Below are positions 43,402 to 53,772 of a DNA stretch of 64,000 nt, piece after piece. Source of the DNA: an uncultured Actinomycetota bacterium (lineage in GTDB: Bacteria > Actinomycetota > Actinomycetes > CAVWCF01); contig CAVWCF010000001.1 in NCBI GenBank assembly GCA_963753435.1, positions 512,001 to 576,000 on the forward strand. The letters run 5' to 3'. Both the position numbers and the translations under genes were made by a program. A model generated the notes under the pieces. It was not told the DNA's origin. It saw only the letters and a program-made list of their open reading frames with translations, and did no database searches. Every line of letters starts with the position of its first letter. The stretch's first letter is position 1.

Positions 43402-44442
43402 TCAGAACTCCTGGGCGTCAGCGGGCTCGTCCACCTTGGCGCCGATGCCCATTTGCTCCTTGAGGCGCTTCTCCAGCTCATCAGCCAAGTCCGGGTTGTC
43501 CAGGAGGAAGGTCCGGGCGTTCTCCTTGCCCTGGCCCAACTGATCTCCCTCGTAGGTGTACCAGGCGCCGGACTTACGGACGAGACCACAATCGACGCCG
43601 AGGTCGATCAAGCCACCTTCACGAGAGATGCCGTGCCCGTAAAGGATGTCGAACTCTGCCTGCTTGAAGGGCGGGGCCATCTTGTTCTTGACGACCTTGA
43701 CCCGGGTCCGGTTGCCGACCGGGTTGGTGCCGTCCTTGAGTGTCTCGATGCGGCGCACGTCGAGGCGCACGCTGGAGTAGAACTTCAGGGCGCGCCCACC
43801 AGTCGTCGTCTCCGGCGAACCGAACATCACGCCGATCTTCTCCCGCAACTGGTTGATGAAGATGGCGGTGGTCCCGGACTGGCTCAGCGCACCGGTCATC
43901 TTTCGCAGTGCTTGGCTCATCAACCGCGCTTGCAGCCCGACATGGCTGTCGCCCATCTCGCCTTCGATCTCTGCTCGCGGCACCAATGCCGCGACCGAGT
44001 CGATGACCATGATGTCCAGGGCTCCGGAACGAACCAGCATGTCCGCGATCTCCAGGGCCTGCTCGCCGGTGTCCGGTTGGCTGACCAGTAGGGCGTCGGT
44101 ATCTACGCCCAACCTGCCGGCGTAATCCGGATCCAGCGCGTGCTCAGCGTCAATGAAGGCGGCGATGCCACCGGCCCGTTGCACGCTGGCAACGGCATGC
44201 AGCGCGACAGTGGTCTTACCGGAGGACTCCGGACCATAGATCTCGACGACCCGGCCGCGCGGCAGCCCACCGATGCCCAGGGCAACGTCCAAGGAGATCG
44301 CGCCGGTGGGGATGACCTCTACGGGCGCGCGGGTCTCATCACCCAGTCGCATCACCGACCCCTTGCCGAACTGGCGCTCAATCTGAGCCAGGGCGGTGTC
44401 TAGGGCCTTGTCGCGGTCTTGGGAGCGGTCGGCTGGAGCCAT
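43402..44442 (-). CDS. recA: recombinase RecA
   Basis: [36 protein letters not shown]; no intein. Confidence 0.99.
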   Translation of the reverse strand: MAPADRSQDRDKALDTALAQIERQFGKGSVMRLGDETRAPVEVIPTGAISLDVALGIGGLPRGRVVEIYGPESSGKTTVALHAVASVQRAGGIAAFIDAEHALDPDYAGRLGVDTDALLVSQPDTGEQALEIADMLVRSGALDIMVIDSVAALVPRAEIEGEMGDSHVGLQARLMSQALRKMTGALSQSGTTAIFINQLREKIGVMFGSPETTTGGRALKFYSSVRLDVRRIETLKDGTNPVGNRTRVKVVKNKMAPPFKQAEFDILYGHGISREGGLIDLGVDCGLVRKSGAWYTYEGDQLGQGKENARTFLLDNPDLADELEKRLKEQMGIGAKVDEPADAQEF

Positions 44443-44494
44443 TGGGAACCTCCGGGTGGTCGGCTTTGCGCTGTTAATCAACGGCGCGAGCCGG

Positions 44495-44516
44495 ACGTTA
44501 GGGATCGGGTCCGACA
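44495..44516 (-). promoter_or_regulatory. PafBC-dependent (RecA-NDp) promoter motif
   Basis: Minus strand TGTCGG-N10-TAACGT upstream of recA. Confidence 0.8.
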
Positions 44517-44634
44517 GTCGGGCGGCGAAGCGATGGGCTGTGCATGACGGGACCGGGCATCCCGCCGTGGACGACCGGGCCGTGGACTACTGGGTGGTGC
44601 TGGAACGGGCGCCTGCGGCTCAAACACGAAGCGG

Positions 44635-44657
44635 ACGCTATCCGAACAGATGTTCGA
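44635..44657 (-). promoter_or_regulatory. LexA box abutting the -10 of a second recA promoter
   Basis: ccgaacagatgttcga at 44642-44657; TAGCGT (minus) at 44635-44640. Confidence 0.85.
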
Positions 44658-44676
44658 ACGCACTGCGACACGCCGC

Positions 44677-44871
44677 TCAACGTTCCCCCGGCGGCACCCC
44701 CAGTGCATCAGCTGCCGCCCGCCAGACCACGACCGCGTCGTAACCGGCCGCCAAGGCGTCCACAACCGTCCGCTCGCCCAGCTGCGACAGCACGAAGTCC
44801 CGGGACCAGGAGTCGGCGTACTCAGTCCCGAGCCGGCTGGCCAGCCGTTCATGCAGTTCGGTCAGACGCAC
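44677..44871 (-). CDS. DUF3046 family protein
   Basis: VRLTE...YADSW..D.VL..LG.RT...AL..G...VWRA; usual position upstream of recA. Confidence 0.88.
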   Translation of the reverse strand: MRLTELHERLASRLGTEYADSWSRDFVLSQLGERTVVDALAAGYDAVVVWRAAADALGVPPGER

Positions 44872-44908
44872 CGGGCCACCATAAGAGCCACTGCTCCATG
44901 ATGGGCGG

Positions 44909-47900
44909 GTGCCATCGGCCCAAATCCCCGCGCTGGCGCCGTTCAGTGCGCCCACCCGCGAGTGGTTCGCGGCCGCCTTGGGCGAACCAACGCCGGTACA
45001 GGAGCAGACCTGGGCCAGCGTCGGGGCCGGGGCGCACACGTTGGCCATCGCACCGACCGGGTCGGGCAAGACGCTGGCCGCATTCCTCTGGTCCCTGGAC
45101 CAACTCCTGGCCGGGGCGGCCCAGGACGGCACGACGGTCGTATACGTGTCGCCCCTGAAGGCCCTGGCCGCCGACATCGAGCGCAACCTGCGGGCCCCCC
45201 TGGTCGGCATCAACCGGACGGCGCAACTGCTCGGGATCGATACGCCGCCGGTCACCGTCGGCGTCCGGACCGGGGACACCTCGGCTGCGGATCGACGTCA
45301 GATGGCGCGGACACCACCGGACATCCTCATCACCACGCCGGAGTCGCTGTATCTGCTCCTCACCTCTGCGGCCCGGGCGACGCTGACAGCGGTCAAGACC
45401 GTCATCGTGGACGAAATCCATGCGGTTGCCGGCACCAAACGCGGCGCGCACCTGGCGGTGTCGTTGGAGCGACTGGACGCGGCACTGCCGGTCCCGGCCC
45501 AGCGGATCGGCCTGTCCGCCACGGTCGCGCCGGCGCCGACGGTGGCCGGTTTTCTCGGCGGCAGCCAGCCGGTGCGCATAGTGCAGCCGCCGACCGGACG
45601 ACAGGTGGAACTGAGCGTTCGGGCACCGGTCCAAGACATGGCAGCACCACCGCAACTGGATGACGAACGGGGGCCATCCATCTGGCCCCACCTCGAAGAG
45701 CAGGTAGTGGATCTGGTCGCCGCGGCGCGGTCGAGTTTGGTGTTCGCCAACTCCCGCCGGCTGGCGGAGCGGCTGAGCGCGCGCCTCAACGAGATAGCCG
45801 AAGAACGTGGCCTGCTGCCGGCACCGTTGGCACGACCCCACCACGGCTCCATGAGTCGCAGCGAACGCAAGCAGGTCGAGGAGGAACTGAAGGCCGGGCG
45901 GCTGCCCGCGGTGGTGGCAACCAGCAGCCTCGAACTCGGCATCGACATGGGCGCTGTCGATCTGGTGATCCAGGTGGAACCACCTCCGTCGGTCGCGTCG
46001 GGGCTGCAACGCGTTGGCCGGGCCGGGCATCAGGTCGGGGCCACGTCCACAGGAGTGCTGTTCCCCAAGCATCGCGGCGACCTGCTCCCGACGGCGGTGA
46101 CCGTGGAACGCATGCGCGACGGCGCGATAGAGCCGCTCACCCCACCGCAGCATCCCCTGGACGTACTCGCCCAGCAGGTGGTGGCAATGGTCGCCATGGA
46201 CGACTGGGCGGTCGATGACCTACTCGCGCTGCTGCGCCGTGCGTACCCATATAGGGAACTGCCGACAAGCGCCTACGACGCCGTGGTCGACATGCTCTCC
46301 GGTCGCTATCCGTCCGACGCTTTCGCCCAGCTGCGGCCACGAATCCTGTGGGACCGGGCGTCCGGCGTCCTGTCGGCACGGCCGGGGGCGCAACGGCTGG
46401 CCGTGACCAGCGGCGGAACCATCCCCGACCGCGGCCTGTTCGGCGTGCACCTGGTCGACGGCGGCCGGGTCGGCGAGCTCGATGAGGAGATGGTCTACGA
46501 GTCCCGGATCGGGGACGTCTTCACCCTCGGCTCCACCTCCTGGCGCATCGAGGAAATCACCCGCGACCGGGTAATGGTGTCCGCGGCGCCCGGGGTGCCC
46601 GGGCGGATGCCGTTCTGGCACGGCGACAAGCCAGCGCGCCCGGCCGAACTGGGTCGACAGATCGGCCGCTTCACCCGCGAAGTGGGCGGTGCCGACGAGG
46701 CAACGGCCCGAGCCCGAGTGCTCAGCGCGGGCCTCGACGATGCGGCGGCGGCAAACCTGCTCAACTACCTGGCCGAGCAGCGGCAGGCGACCGGGCACCT
46801 GCCCGATGACCGGACCGTGGTCCTGGAGCAGTTCCGCGACGAACTCGGCGACTGGCGCGTGGTGGTGCACACGCCGCTAGGGGCAGCAGTAACCGCGCCC
46901 TGGGCGTTGCTGGTCGGAGCCCGGATTCGGCAGCGATACGCGACGGAACCACAGATCGCGCACAGCGACGACGGGTTCGTGCTGCGTCTGCCCGACGCCG
47001 ACACCGAACTCGACCTCACGGATCTGCTGCTCTTCGACCCCGAAGAGGTCGCCGACGCGGTCACCGCCGAGATCGGCACATCAGCGCTGTTCGGGGCCAG
47101 GTTCCGCGAGGCGGCGGGACGTTCACTGCTGCTGCCGCGGCGGGACCCGCGGACCCGACAGCCGCTTTGGCAGCAACGGCAGCGGGCGGCGCAACTGCTT
47201 TCGGTGGCGAGTGAGTTCCCGACCTTCCCGATCGTCCTCGAAGCCGTTCGCGAGTGCTTGCAGGACGTCTACGACGTCCCCGAGTTGATCGATCTGATGC
47301 GACGGCTGGCCGATCGCCGGATGAACCTGGTGCTGGCCCGCACCGCACAGGCGTCGCCGTTCGCCCGCAGCCTCCTGTACGGGTACGTGGCTGCCTTCCT
47401 CTACGAAGGCGACGCCCCACTGGCCGAGCGCCGGGCGCAAGCGCTGTCACTGGACGCGACGCTGCTGGCCGAACTCCTGGGGCGAGCCGAGTTGCGCGAA
47501 CTCCTGGACCCCGCCGTTCTCGCCGACACCGAAGCACAACTGCAGCGGCTCACAGCGGATCGAATGGCACGCGACGTGGAGGAGGCTGCGGATCTGCTGC
47601 GTTTGCTCGGCCCCCTGACCGAGACCGCAGCCGCGGCGCGAGGTGTGCAGCCGGAATGGCTGGAGGAACTCCTGCGGGCCCGCCGGGCGATCCGCGTGCG
47701 AGTGGCCGAGCAGGACTGCGTCGCCGCCGTCGAGGACGCCGCCCGGCTCCGCGACGGGCTGGGAGTGGCCCTGCCCACCGGGCTACCGGAGGCGTTCACC
47801 GAGCCCGTCGCCGATCCACTGGGTGACCTGGTCTCGCGTTACGCGCGGACCCACGGGCCCTTCACCGCCATCGAAGCCGCGGCAACGTTGGGGCTGGGCA

Positions 47901-49297
47901 GCGCCGTGGTCGAACCGGCGCTGGCCGCGTTGGCGCGCTCCGGCCGCCTCGTATCCGGGGAGTTTCGGCCCGGAGCTTCCGGGCTGGAATGGTGCGACTC
48001 AGGCGTACTGCGCCTGGTTCGCCAGCGCTCGCTGGCCGCGCTGCGACGCGAAGCTGAGCCGGTTGAGCAAGCCGAGTTGGGTCGGTTCCTGCCGGCGTGG
48101 CAGGGAGTCGGCGGCATGGTGCGCGGCGCTGAAGGCGTCCTGCGCGTTGTGGAACAACTCGAGGGTGCGGCGCTGCCGGTCTCCGCGCTGGAAACGCTGA
48201 TCCTGCCTAGCCGGGTCGTCGACTACTCCCCCGCCGCGTTGGACGAACTGACCTCGGCCGGGGAGGTGCGCTGGTGTGGCCGAGGCGCCCTGCCCGGAGG
48301 TGACGGATGGGTGAGCCTGCATCTGGCTGAATCGGCGCCACTGACCCTGCCGGTGATCGGCGATGCTCCCGACGGTGCCCGCCATCGGGCGATCCTCGAT
48401 GCCTTGGGCGCGCGCGACGCGCAGTTCTTCGCCGACCTCTTGGAGGTACTGGCCGACGATGACCCGCAATCGGTCGATCACGCCCTCTGGGACTTGGTGT
48501 GGGCCGGACTGGTCACCAACGACAGCCTGGCCCCCCTGCGGTCGGCCATCGCCGGCCCCAAGTCCCGCGGATCTGCCCGAACCGCGGCGGCGCCCAATCG
48601 GTACCGGCGGGGTCGGGCCGGAGCCCCGAGAGTGCTGCAGCGACACCTGACCGGCCGCTGGAGTCTGCTGCCCGCGCGCGACCTCGACCCGACCCGACGC
48701 GGACTGCTGACTGCGGAACTACTCCTGGACCGTCATGGCGTGCTGACCCGTGGCGCGGTAGCTGCGGAGAGCGTCCCCGGAGGCTTCGCGGCCATGTACC
48801 GCGTGCTGTCCGCCCTTGAGGAGTCCGGACGGTGTCGGCGCATCTACGCCGTCGCCGGGCTCGGGGCGGCGCAGTTCGCCGCGCCCGGAGCCGTGGACCG
48901 CCTGCGGGCGGGTGCGGACCGCAGCTCGAAGACCGTGGTGCTGGCCGCCGCCGACCCCGCCAACCCGTTCGGCGCGGGCCTGCCCTGGCCGGCCGCACCC
49001 GCTGAACAGGGCCACCGACCCGGACGCAAGGCCGGGGCCCTCGTGGTCGTGGTGGACGGCGAAGCCGTCTTGTACGTAGAGCGCGGCGGCCGCTCCCTGA
49101 TTTCGTTCACCAAGTCCGAGACGGCCCTCGGCCTGGCCGCAGATGCGCTGGCTCTGGCCGTTCGTGAGGGGGCGCTAGGCGCGCTGACCGTCGAACGCGC
49201 GGATGGCACCGGGACCCTTGCGGGCGGTGTCGTGGCTCAAGCTCTGCAGCGCGCCGGATTCACCCCGACGCCGCGCGGCCTGCGACTACGTTCCTGA
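44909..49297 (+). CDS. lhr: Lhr ATP-dependent helicase (long form)
   Basis: APTGSGKT, SPLKAL, DEIH, LSAT, HHGS, ELGID, QRVGRAGH, C-terminal AADPANPFG. Confidence 0.95.
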   Translation: MPSAQIPALAPFSAPTREWFAAALGEPTPVQEQTWASVGAGAHTLAIAPTGSGKTLAAFLWSLDQLLAGAAQDGTTVVYVSPLKALAADIERNLRAPLVGINRTAQLLGIDTPPVTVGVRTGDTSAADRRQMARTPPDILITTPESLYLLLTSAARATLTAVKTVIVDEIHAVAGTKRGAHLAVSLERLDAALPVPAQRIGLSATVAPAPTVAGFLGGSQPVRIVQPPTGRQVELSVRAPVQDMAAPPQLDDERGPSIWPHLEEQVVDLVAAARSSLVFANSRRLAERLSARLNEIAEERGLLPAPLARPHHGSMSRSERKQVEEELKAGRLPAVVATSSLELGIDMGAVDLVIQVEPPPSVASGLQRVGRAGHQVGATSTGVLFPKHRGDLLPTAVTVERMRDGAIEPLTPPQHPLDVLAQQVVAMVAMDDWAVDDLLALLRRAYPYRELPTSAYDAVVDMLSGRYPSDAFAQLRPRILWDRASGVLSARPGAQRLAVTSGGTIPDRGLFGVHLVDGGRVGELDEEMVYESRIGDVFTLGSTSWRIEEITRDRVMVSAAPGVPGRMPFWHGDKPARPAELGRQIGRFTREVGGADEATARARVLSAGLDDAAAANLLNYLAEQRQATGHLPDDRTVVLEQFRDELGDWRVVVHTPLGAAVTAPWALLVGARIRQRYATEPQIAHSDDGFVLRLPDADTELDLTDLLLFDPEEVADAVTAEIGTSALFGARFREAAGRSLLLPRRDPRTRQPLWQQRQRAAQLLSVASEFPTFPIVLEAVRECLQDVYDVPELIDLMRRLADRRMNLVLARTAQASPFARSLLYGYVAAFLYEGDAPLAERRAQALSLDATLLAELLGRAELRELLDPAVLADTEAQLQRLTADRMARDVEEAADLLRLLGPLTETAAAARGVQPEWLEELLRARRAIRVRVAEQDCVAAVEDAARLRDGLGVALPTGLPEAFTEPVADPLGDLVSRYARTHGPFTAIEAAATLGLGSAVVEPALAALARSGRLVSGEFRPGASGLEWCDSGVLRLVRQRSLAALRREAEPVEQAELGRFLPAWQGVGGMVRGAEGVLRVVEQLEGAALPVSALETLILPSRVVDYSPAALDELTSAGEVRWCGRGALPGGDGWVSLHLAESAPLTLPVIGDAPDGARHRAILDALGARDAQFFADLLEVLADDDPQSVDHALWDLVWAGLVTNDSLAPLRSAIAGPKSRGSARTAAAPNRYRRGRAGAPRVLQRHLTGRWSLLPARDLDPTRRGLLTAELLLDRHGVLTRGAVAAESVPGGFAAMYRVLSALEESGRCRRIYAVAGLGAAQFAAPGAVDRLRAGADRSSKTVVLAAADPANPFGAGLPWPAAPAEQGHRPGRKAGALVVVVDGEAVLYVERGGRSLISFTKSETALGLAADALALAVREGALGALTVERADGTGTLAGGVVAQALQRAGFTPTPRGLRLRS

Positions 49298-50149
49298 CGC
49301 GGCCAGACGCTGCACGTACTCCCGGAACCGCGTGGCCGGTCGCGCGAGCAACCACTCCAGCACATGTGGGTTGCCCAGGAAGCCATGAGCGTCGTAGTGG
49401 GCGTTCATGACTCGCATCTGCTCGACGCGATCTGCGGACGCACCCGCGGCCTGCGCCGCAGCGACCATGTCCGCTTCGCTGACCCGCACGGCCGCGACCT
49501 CTCGGTCAAGGACATCGGCGCACACCGCCGCCATGTCCCGTGTCGACAATGACTCGGGGCCGGCCAGTTCGTAGGTGGCGTACCGGTGCGCCGGGTCAGC
49601 CGCCACCAGCGTGACGGCAGCCGCGAGGTCCTCCAGGTCGACCACGTTGAAGCGCGCATCCGTGCGAAACGGGAAGCCCAGGACACCCTCGTCGCGTACT
49701 CGGCTCCACTGCGGCGTCACATGCTGCATGTAGCGAGCCGGTTGCAGGATCGTGTACGGCAAGCCCGACTCGACGACCGCTTCCTCCGCCTCCAGCTTCA
49801 GACGGTGGTGGCGGACCTCCCGCCGTAACGGATGCATCACCGAGTAGTAGACGAATTCGGCGCCGCCGGCGGCGGCTGCAGCCAGGGCGTTGCCCGTCAT
49901 CTCCACCTCGGCCGGATGCATCGGCGGGCCGATGTGCACCACGACGTCCACTCCGGCCACGGCTGCCAGAAGCGACTCGCGATCAGCCAGATCGCCGACG
50001 GCAACATCCTTCGCCCCCGCCGACCGGACTGCTGACTCCTTGCCGGGGTCGCGGATGAATGCACGTACGCGATGCCCGGCAGCGTCCGCTGCCGCGAGAA
50101 CGGCACGTCCAGTGCGGCCGGCCGCACCGGTAACCAGGATGGAGGTCAT
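49286..50149 (-). CDS. NmrA-like NAD(P)-binding protein
   Basis: ILVTGAAGRTG, YTILQP, YELAGPE. Confidence 0.85.
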   Translation of the reverse strand: MTSILVTGAAGRTGRAVLAAADAAGHRVRAFIRDPGKESAVRSAGAKDVAVGDLADRESLLAAVAGVDVVVHIGPPMHPAEVEMTGNALAAAAAGGAEFVYYSVMHPLRREVRHHRLKLEAEEAVVESGLPYTILQPARYMQHVTPQWSRVRDEGVLGFPFRTDARFNVVDLEDLAAAVTLVAADPAHRYATYELAGPESLSTRDMAAVCADVLDREVAAVRVSEADMVAAAQAAGASADRVEQMRVMNAHYDAHGFLGNPHVLEWLLARPATRFREYVQRLAASGT

Positions 50150-50176
50150 GCTGGATATGAGTTGGGGGCCGGAAGG

Positions 50177-50458
50177 TCAGGCAGCAACTCGGGCTCGCGG
50201 CTGTGGCATCACGCCGATCCCGCCTTCAGGTCTCGCCATCTGCACGCTGACCGACATGAGGACCTGCGACAGCGGAACCTCCAAGGCGCCACAGATGGCA
50301 CCTAGGAGTTCGCTGGATGCCTCTTTCTGACCGCGTTCCACCTCGGACAGATAGCCGAGTGAGACCCGCGCGGCAGCGGACACCTGGCGAAGCGTGCGGC
50401 CCTGCGCCTGCCGGCGACGCCGCAACTCCTCACCCAGGACTTCCCGAAGCAACTGCAT
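50177..50458 (-). CDS. clgR: ClgR-like XRE HTH transcriptional regulator
   Basis: [11 protein letters not shown]...[30 protein letters not shown]. Confidence 0.9.
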   Translation of the reverse strand: MQLLREVLGEELRRRRQAQGRTLRQVSAAARVSLGYLSEVERGQKEASSELLGAICGALEVPLSQVLMSVSVQMARPEGGIGVMPQPRARVAA

Positions 50459-50484
50459 CCGGCGTGCCCCTTCCGTCTCTACTC

Positions 50485-50516
50485 GGCTAGTACTGCTCTG
50501 GGCTAGTACTGCTCTG
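50485..50516. repeat. perfect 16-bp tandem duplication GGCTAGTACTGCTCTG
   Basis: Copies at 50485-50500 and 50501-50516, upstream of clgR. Confidence 0.9.
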
Positions 50517-50647
50517 GCCTGTGCCACTCACAGATGGTGCCATTCGAAAACCGTGCTTCACCGTACCCCGGCACCCCGACATCCCGCGCGTCCGACCGGG
50601 TGACCCCAACGGAGCGCCGCGCCGACTGTCTGTGCCCGGCAAATATG

Positions 50648-51811
50648 TCAACGCCGGACTGCGTCCTCCTGTTCCCCCAGCGGCAGACCGGCGGCCAGGC
50701 GCCGAACCCCGTCCAGCGCGGCCGCGACGGTGCAGCGTCGGACCCAGTCCCGGTCGCCGGGGAACGTGAAGCCACGGCTGAAAACGTCGCCCCGAACCGC
50801 CCAGGCCACGAAAACGGTCCCTGGGGAGTGCCCCGAATGGGTCGACGGGCCCGCTACGCCGGTCGTGGCGACCCCCAGGTCCGCGCCGGTCACGCGGGCC
50901 ACGCCCTGGGCCATCTGCTTGGCGACGTCGGCGTGCACCGTGCCCACGGTTCGCAGCAGTTGCGGGTCCACGCCGAGCATCTTCTGCTTGATGCTTTCGT
51001 CATATGCCACGACGCCACCGACAAGCACGTCACTGGCCCCAGCAACGTCGGTCAACGCCGCGGCCAGGGCACCTCCGGTCAGCGACTCCGCCACCGCCAC
51101 GGTCAGCTCGGCCGCCGAAGCCGCCGCCAGGGCCGCCCCCGCCAGGCCGAAGGGGTTCTCAAATACGGCGTCCCCCAGCAAGTTCTGAACCAGGGCGGCT
51201 GCGTCCGGGGCGGCAGTGCCGCTGAGGCGTACCCGCACCTGACCCGGGTTCGCGTAGTAGGCAACTTCGACGCTCAGTTCCGCCAGCGCGGCCAGCCTCT
51301 TGGCGACGACCGATTCCCGGATCCCGGCCACGGTCAGCGTGACCACGGGACCGGCCGCCCCGGCCAGGTCGAGCAACGGCAGAGCCTGCGCCCAGACCGC
51401 CCGCAATTCCCGCGGCGGGCCAGGCAGGGCCAACACAACGCGGTCGCCTGGACGTGCGAGCAGGCCCGGCGCGGTCCCCACCGGGTTCGGCACCGGGGTC
51501 AAGTCGAGGTCACCAACCGCCTCTTGAACGGCGGCCGCAGTTCGATCGTCCACGGTTGGGCCGAGCCCACCCGTGACCAGGACCAGGTCAGCCTGTGGCA
51601 GCGCCAGCGCAATGGCGGTGGCGATCGCGTCGACGTCGTCGCGGACCACCCGCCGCTCGGGCACGTCGACTCCTAGAAGGTCCAGCTCCGCGCCCAGGTA
51701 GGCGCCGTTGGTGTCGATGGTCTCCCCGCGCAGCAGCTCATCCCCGACCGCGATGATGATCGCGACACTCGGCTTGGCGCCGTTGGCGCCTGTGCGCGCT
51801 GAGCCGCTCAT
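50648..51811 (-). CDS. cinA: CinA/PncC family protein (NMN deamidase with N-terminal domain)
   Basis: VGDELL.G...DTN, GGLGPT.DD, LPGPP, AESLTGG, TGVAGP. Confidence 0.9.
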   Translation of the reverse strand: MSGSARTGANGAKPSVAIIIAVGDELLRGETIDTNGAYLGAELDLLGVDVPERRVVRDDVDAIATAIALALPQADLVLVTGGLGPTVDDRTAAAVQEAVGDLDLTPVPNPVGTAPGLLARPGDRVVLALPGPPRELRAVWAQALPLLDLAGAAGPVVTLTVAGIRESVVAKRLAALAELSVEVAYYANPGQVRVRLSGTAAPDAAALVQNLLGDAVFENPFGLAGAALAAASAAELTVAVAESLTGGALAAALTDVAGASDVLVGGVVAYDESIKQKMLGVDPQLLRTVGTVHADVAKQMAQGVARVTGADLGVATTGVAGPSTHSGHSPGTVFVAWAVRGDVFSRGFTFPGDRDWVRRCTVAAALDGVRRLAAGLPLGEQEDAVRR

Positions 51812-52356
51812 GCCGGGTCGGTCGCAACCGACCGAAGTCGCTGCGCCTTGCGGACGTAGTCAATGCCGGTAAGAACCGTTACCGCCACGGCCAGGGCCAT
51901 CACCGTCGCCGCGACCGGGTCCCAACCTGCGGGCAGCGGCAGCAGGTAGAGGCTGATGGCAATCATCTGCAGCACCGTCTTGGCCTTGCCGCCGCGGCCG
52001 GCGGGCATCACCGCGCGACGCAGGAGTGCGAATCGCATCAGCGTGATCCCGATCTCCCGCCCGAGGATCACCACGGTCACCCACCAGGGCAACTCGCCCA
52101 GTAGCGACAGGCCGATCAGGGCGGCGCCGGTCAACGCCTTGTCCGCTATCGGATCGGCAATTTGCCCGAAGCGGGTGACCTGCCCCCGGGACCGGGCCAG
52201 CCAACCGTCCACGAAGTCCGTTGCGCTGGCTACGACGAACACCACGAAGGCCGCGATTCGAGCGGCCTGCGACTCGCCGCCCTCCACGAACAGCAAGGCG
52301 ACGAACACGGGCACGAGCGCCAGCCGCAAGCCAGTGAGCAGATTCGGCAGGTTCAC
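51808..52356 (-). CDS. pgsA: CDP-diacylglycerol--glycerol-3-phosphate phosphatidyltransferase
   Basis: NLPNLLT, TD.VDG.LAR, G..ADPIADK. Confidence 0.94.
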   Translation of the reverse strand: MNLPNLLTGLRLALVPVFVALLFVEGGESQAARIAAFVVFVVASATDFVDGWLARSRGQVTRFGQIADPIADKALTGAALIGLSLLGELPWWVTVVILGREIGITLMRFALLRRAVMPAGRGGKAKTVLQMIAISLYLLPLPAGWDPVAATVMALAVAVTVLTGIDYVRKAQRLRSVATDPA

Positions 52357-53723
52357 GCGTCAACCTGCACCATCAGGTCGATCCCGACATTCGCCGAAAC
52401 CACACCCTCCACCACGTCGCCTACCCGCGGACCTGGCGGCAACAGGCAGACACCGTCGACCTCCGGCCCTTGATGCAGGGCACGACCCGTTGCCTGATCC
52501 GGTCCGGCCGCTTCCACCAAGACCGAAACCCGCTCCCCGATGCGCTCGGCCGCCCGGTCGTCCATCAGGACGCCCACGAGACTGCTGATGCGCTCGACGC
52601 GCTCGGCGATTTCCGACTCATCGATGTGGCCGTCCAGCGTGACCGCTTCGGTGTCCTCCTCGTCTGAGTACCCGAACACACCGACCACGTCGAGTCGCGC
52701 CTCGGCCAGGAACTCCGCCAACTCGTTCAGGTCCGCCTCGGTCTCGCCGGGGAAGCCCACAATGACGTTGCTGCGGATCCCGGCCGTGGGCGCCAAGTTC
52801 CGGATCTGCCCAAGCAGTTTGAGGAAGGAGTCCGAACCGCCGAATCGCCGCATCCGGCGCAGGATCGACGGGCTGGCGTGCTGGAAAGACAAGTCGAAAT
52901 ACGGCGCGACCCCGGGTGTAGCAGCGATGGACTCGACCACCTGCGGCCGCAGCTCCGCCGGCTGCAGGTAGGAAACACGGACGCGCGGCACCAGCGCCGC
53001 CAACTGCGGCAGCAACTGCGCCAACGCCTGCGGTTCGCCGCGGTCCTTGCCGTAGGCGGTCGTGTTCTCCGATACGCAGAACACCTCCACGACGCCCTGC
53101 TCGGCCAGCCAACTCGCCTCCGCGAGCACGTCCGCGGCCGGGCGCGAGATGAACGATCCCCGGAAGCGCGGGATGGCGCAGAAGCTGCAGCGTCGGTCGC
53201 ATCCGGAGGCGATCTTGAGGTTGGCCGTTGGCGCCGGCGCCAGCAACCGTCGAGTCGGTGCCTTGGCCTCGACCAGCGGCAAGACCCGTCGATCTGCGGG
53301 CGTCGGCGCAACCAGCGACTCCCCGTTCAGAACCTGCCGCAGCCGGGTCGCGATCTGCCCGTAGTCGTCGAAACCAAGTACCGCATCAGCCTCGGGCAGC
53401 GAATCGGCCAACTCGCTGCCGTAGCGCTCGGCAAGGCACCCCACAGCCACAACTCGACTCGGCCGTCCGCTGTCGCGTAGATCAGCGGCTGCGAGTACCG
53501 CGTCGATGGAGTCCTTCTTGGCTGCATCGATGAAACCGCACGTGTTGACGACAACCACATCCGCATCGGCCGGTTCCGCGACCAGGGCGAATCCACCCGA
53601 GGTCAGGCGGCCCGCGAGTTCATCAGAGTCGACATCATTTCGGGCGCACCCCATGGTGACGACGGCGACGCGGTGCCCTGGTTCGGTCAACTCGGGCACG
53701 GCCAGCTCGGCGTCGGGCGACAT
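52353..53723 (-). CDS. rimO: ribosomal protein S12 methylthiotransferase
   Basis: GCARNDVD, NTCGFI, GCDRRCSFC. Confidence 0.94.
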   Translation of the reverse strand: MSPDAELAVPELTEPGHRVAVVTMGCARNDVDSDELAGRLTSGGFALVAEPADADVVVVNTCGFIDAAKKDSIDAVLAAADLRDSGRPSRVVAVGCLAERYGSELADSLPEADAVLGFDDYGQIATRLRQVLNGESLVAPTPADRRVLPLVEAKAPTRRLLAPAPTANLKIASGCDRRCSFCAIPRFRGSFISRPAADVLAEASWLAEQGVVEVFCVSENTTAYGKDRGEPQALAQLLPQLAALVPRVRVSYLQPAELRPQVVESIAATPGVAPYFDLSFQHASPSILRRMRRFGGSDSFLKLLGQIRNLAPTAGIRSNVIVGFPGETEADLNELAEFLAEARLDVVGVFGYSDEEDTEAVTLDGHIDESEIAERVERISSLVGVLMDDRAAERIGERVSVLVEAAGPDQATGRALHQGPEVDGVCLLPPGPRVGDVVEGVVSANVGIDLMVQVDA

Positions 53724-53772
53724 GGCAGTCAGCGTAGGCGGCGGCTCACCGCGAAGCGGATCGGCGCAGGTC

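Noticed and set aside
24145-44442. Inteins in NrdJ or RecA
   Set aside because: Both have normal length and continuous motifs.
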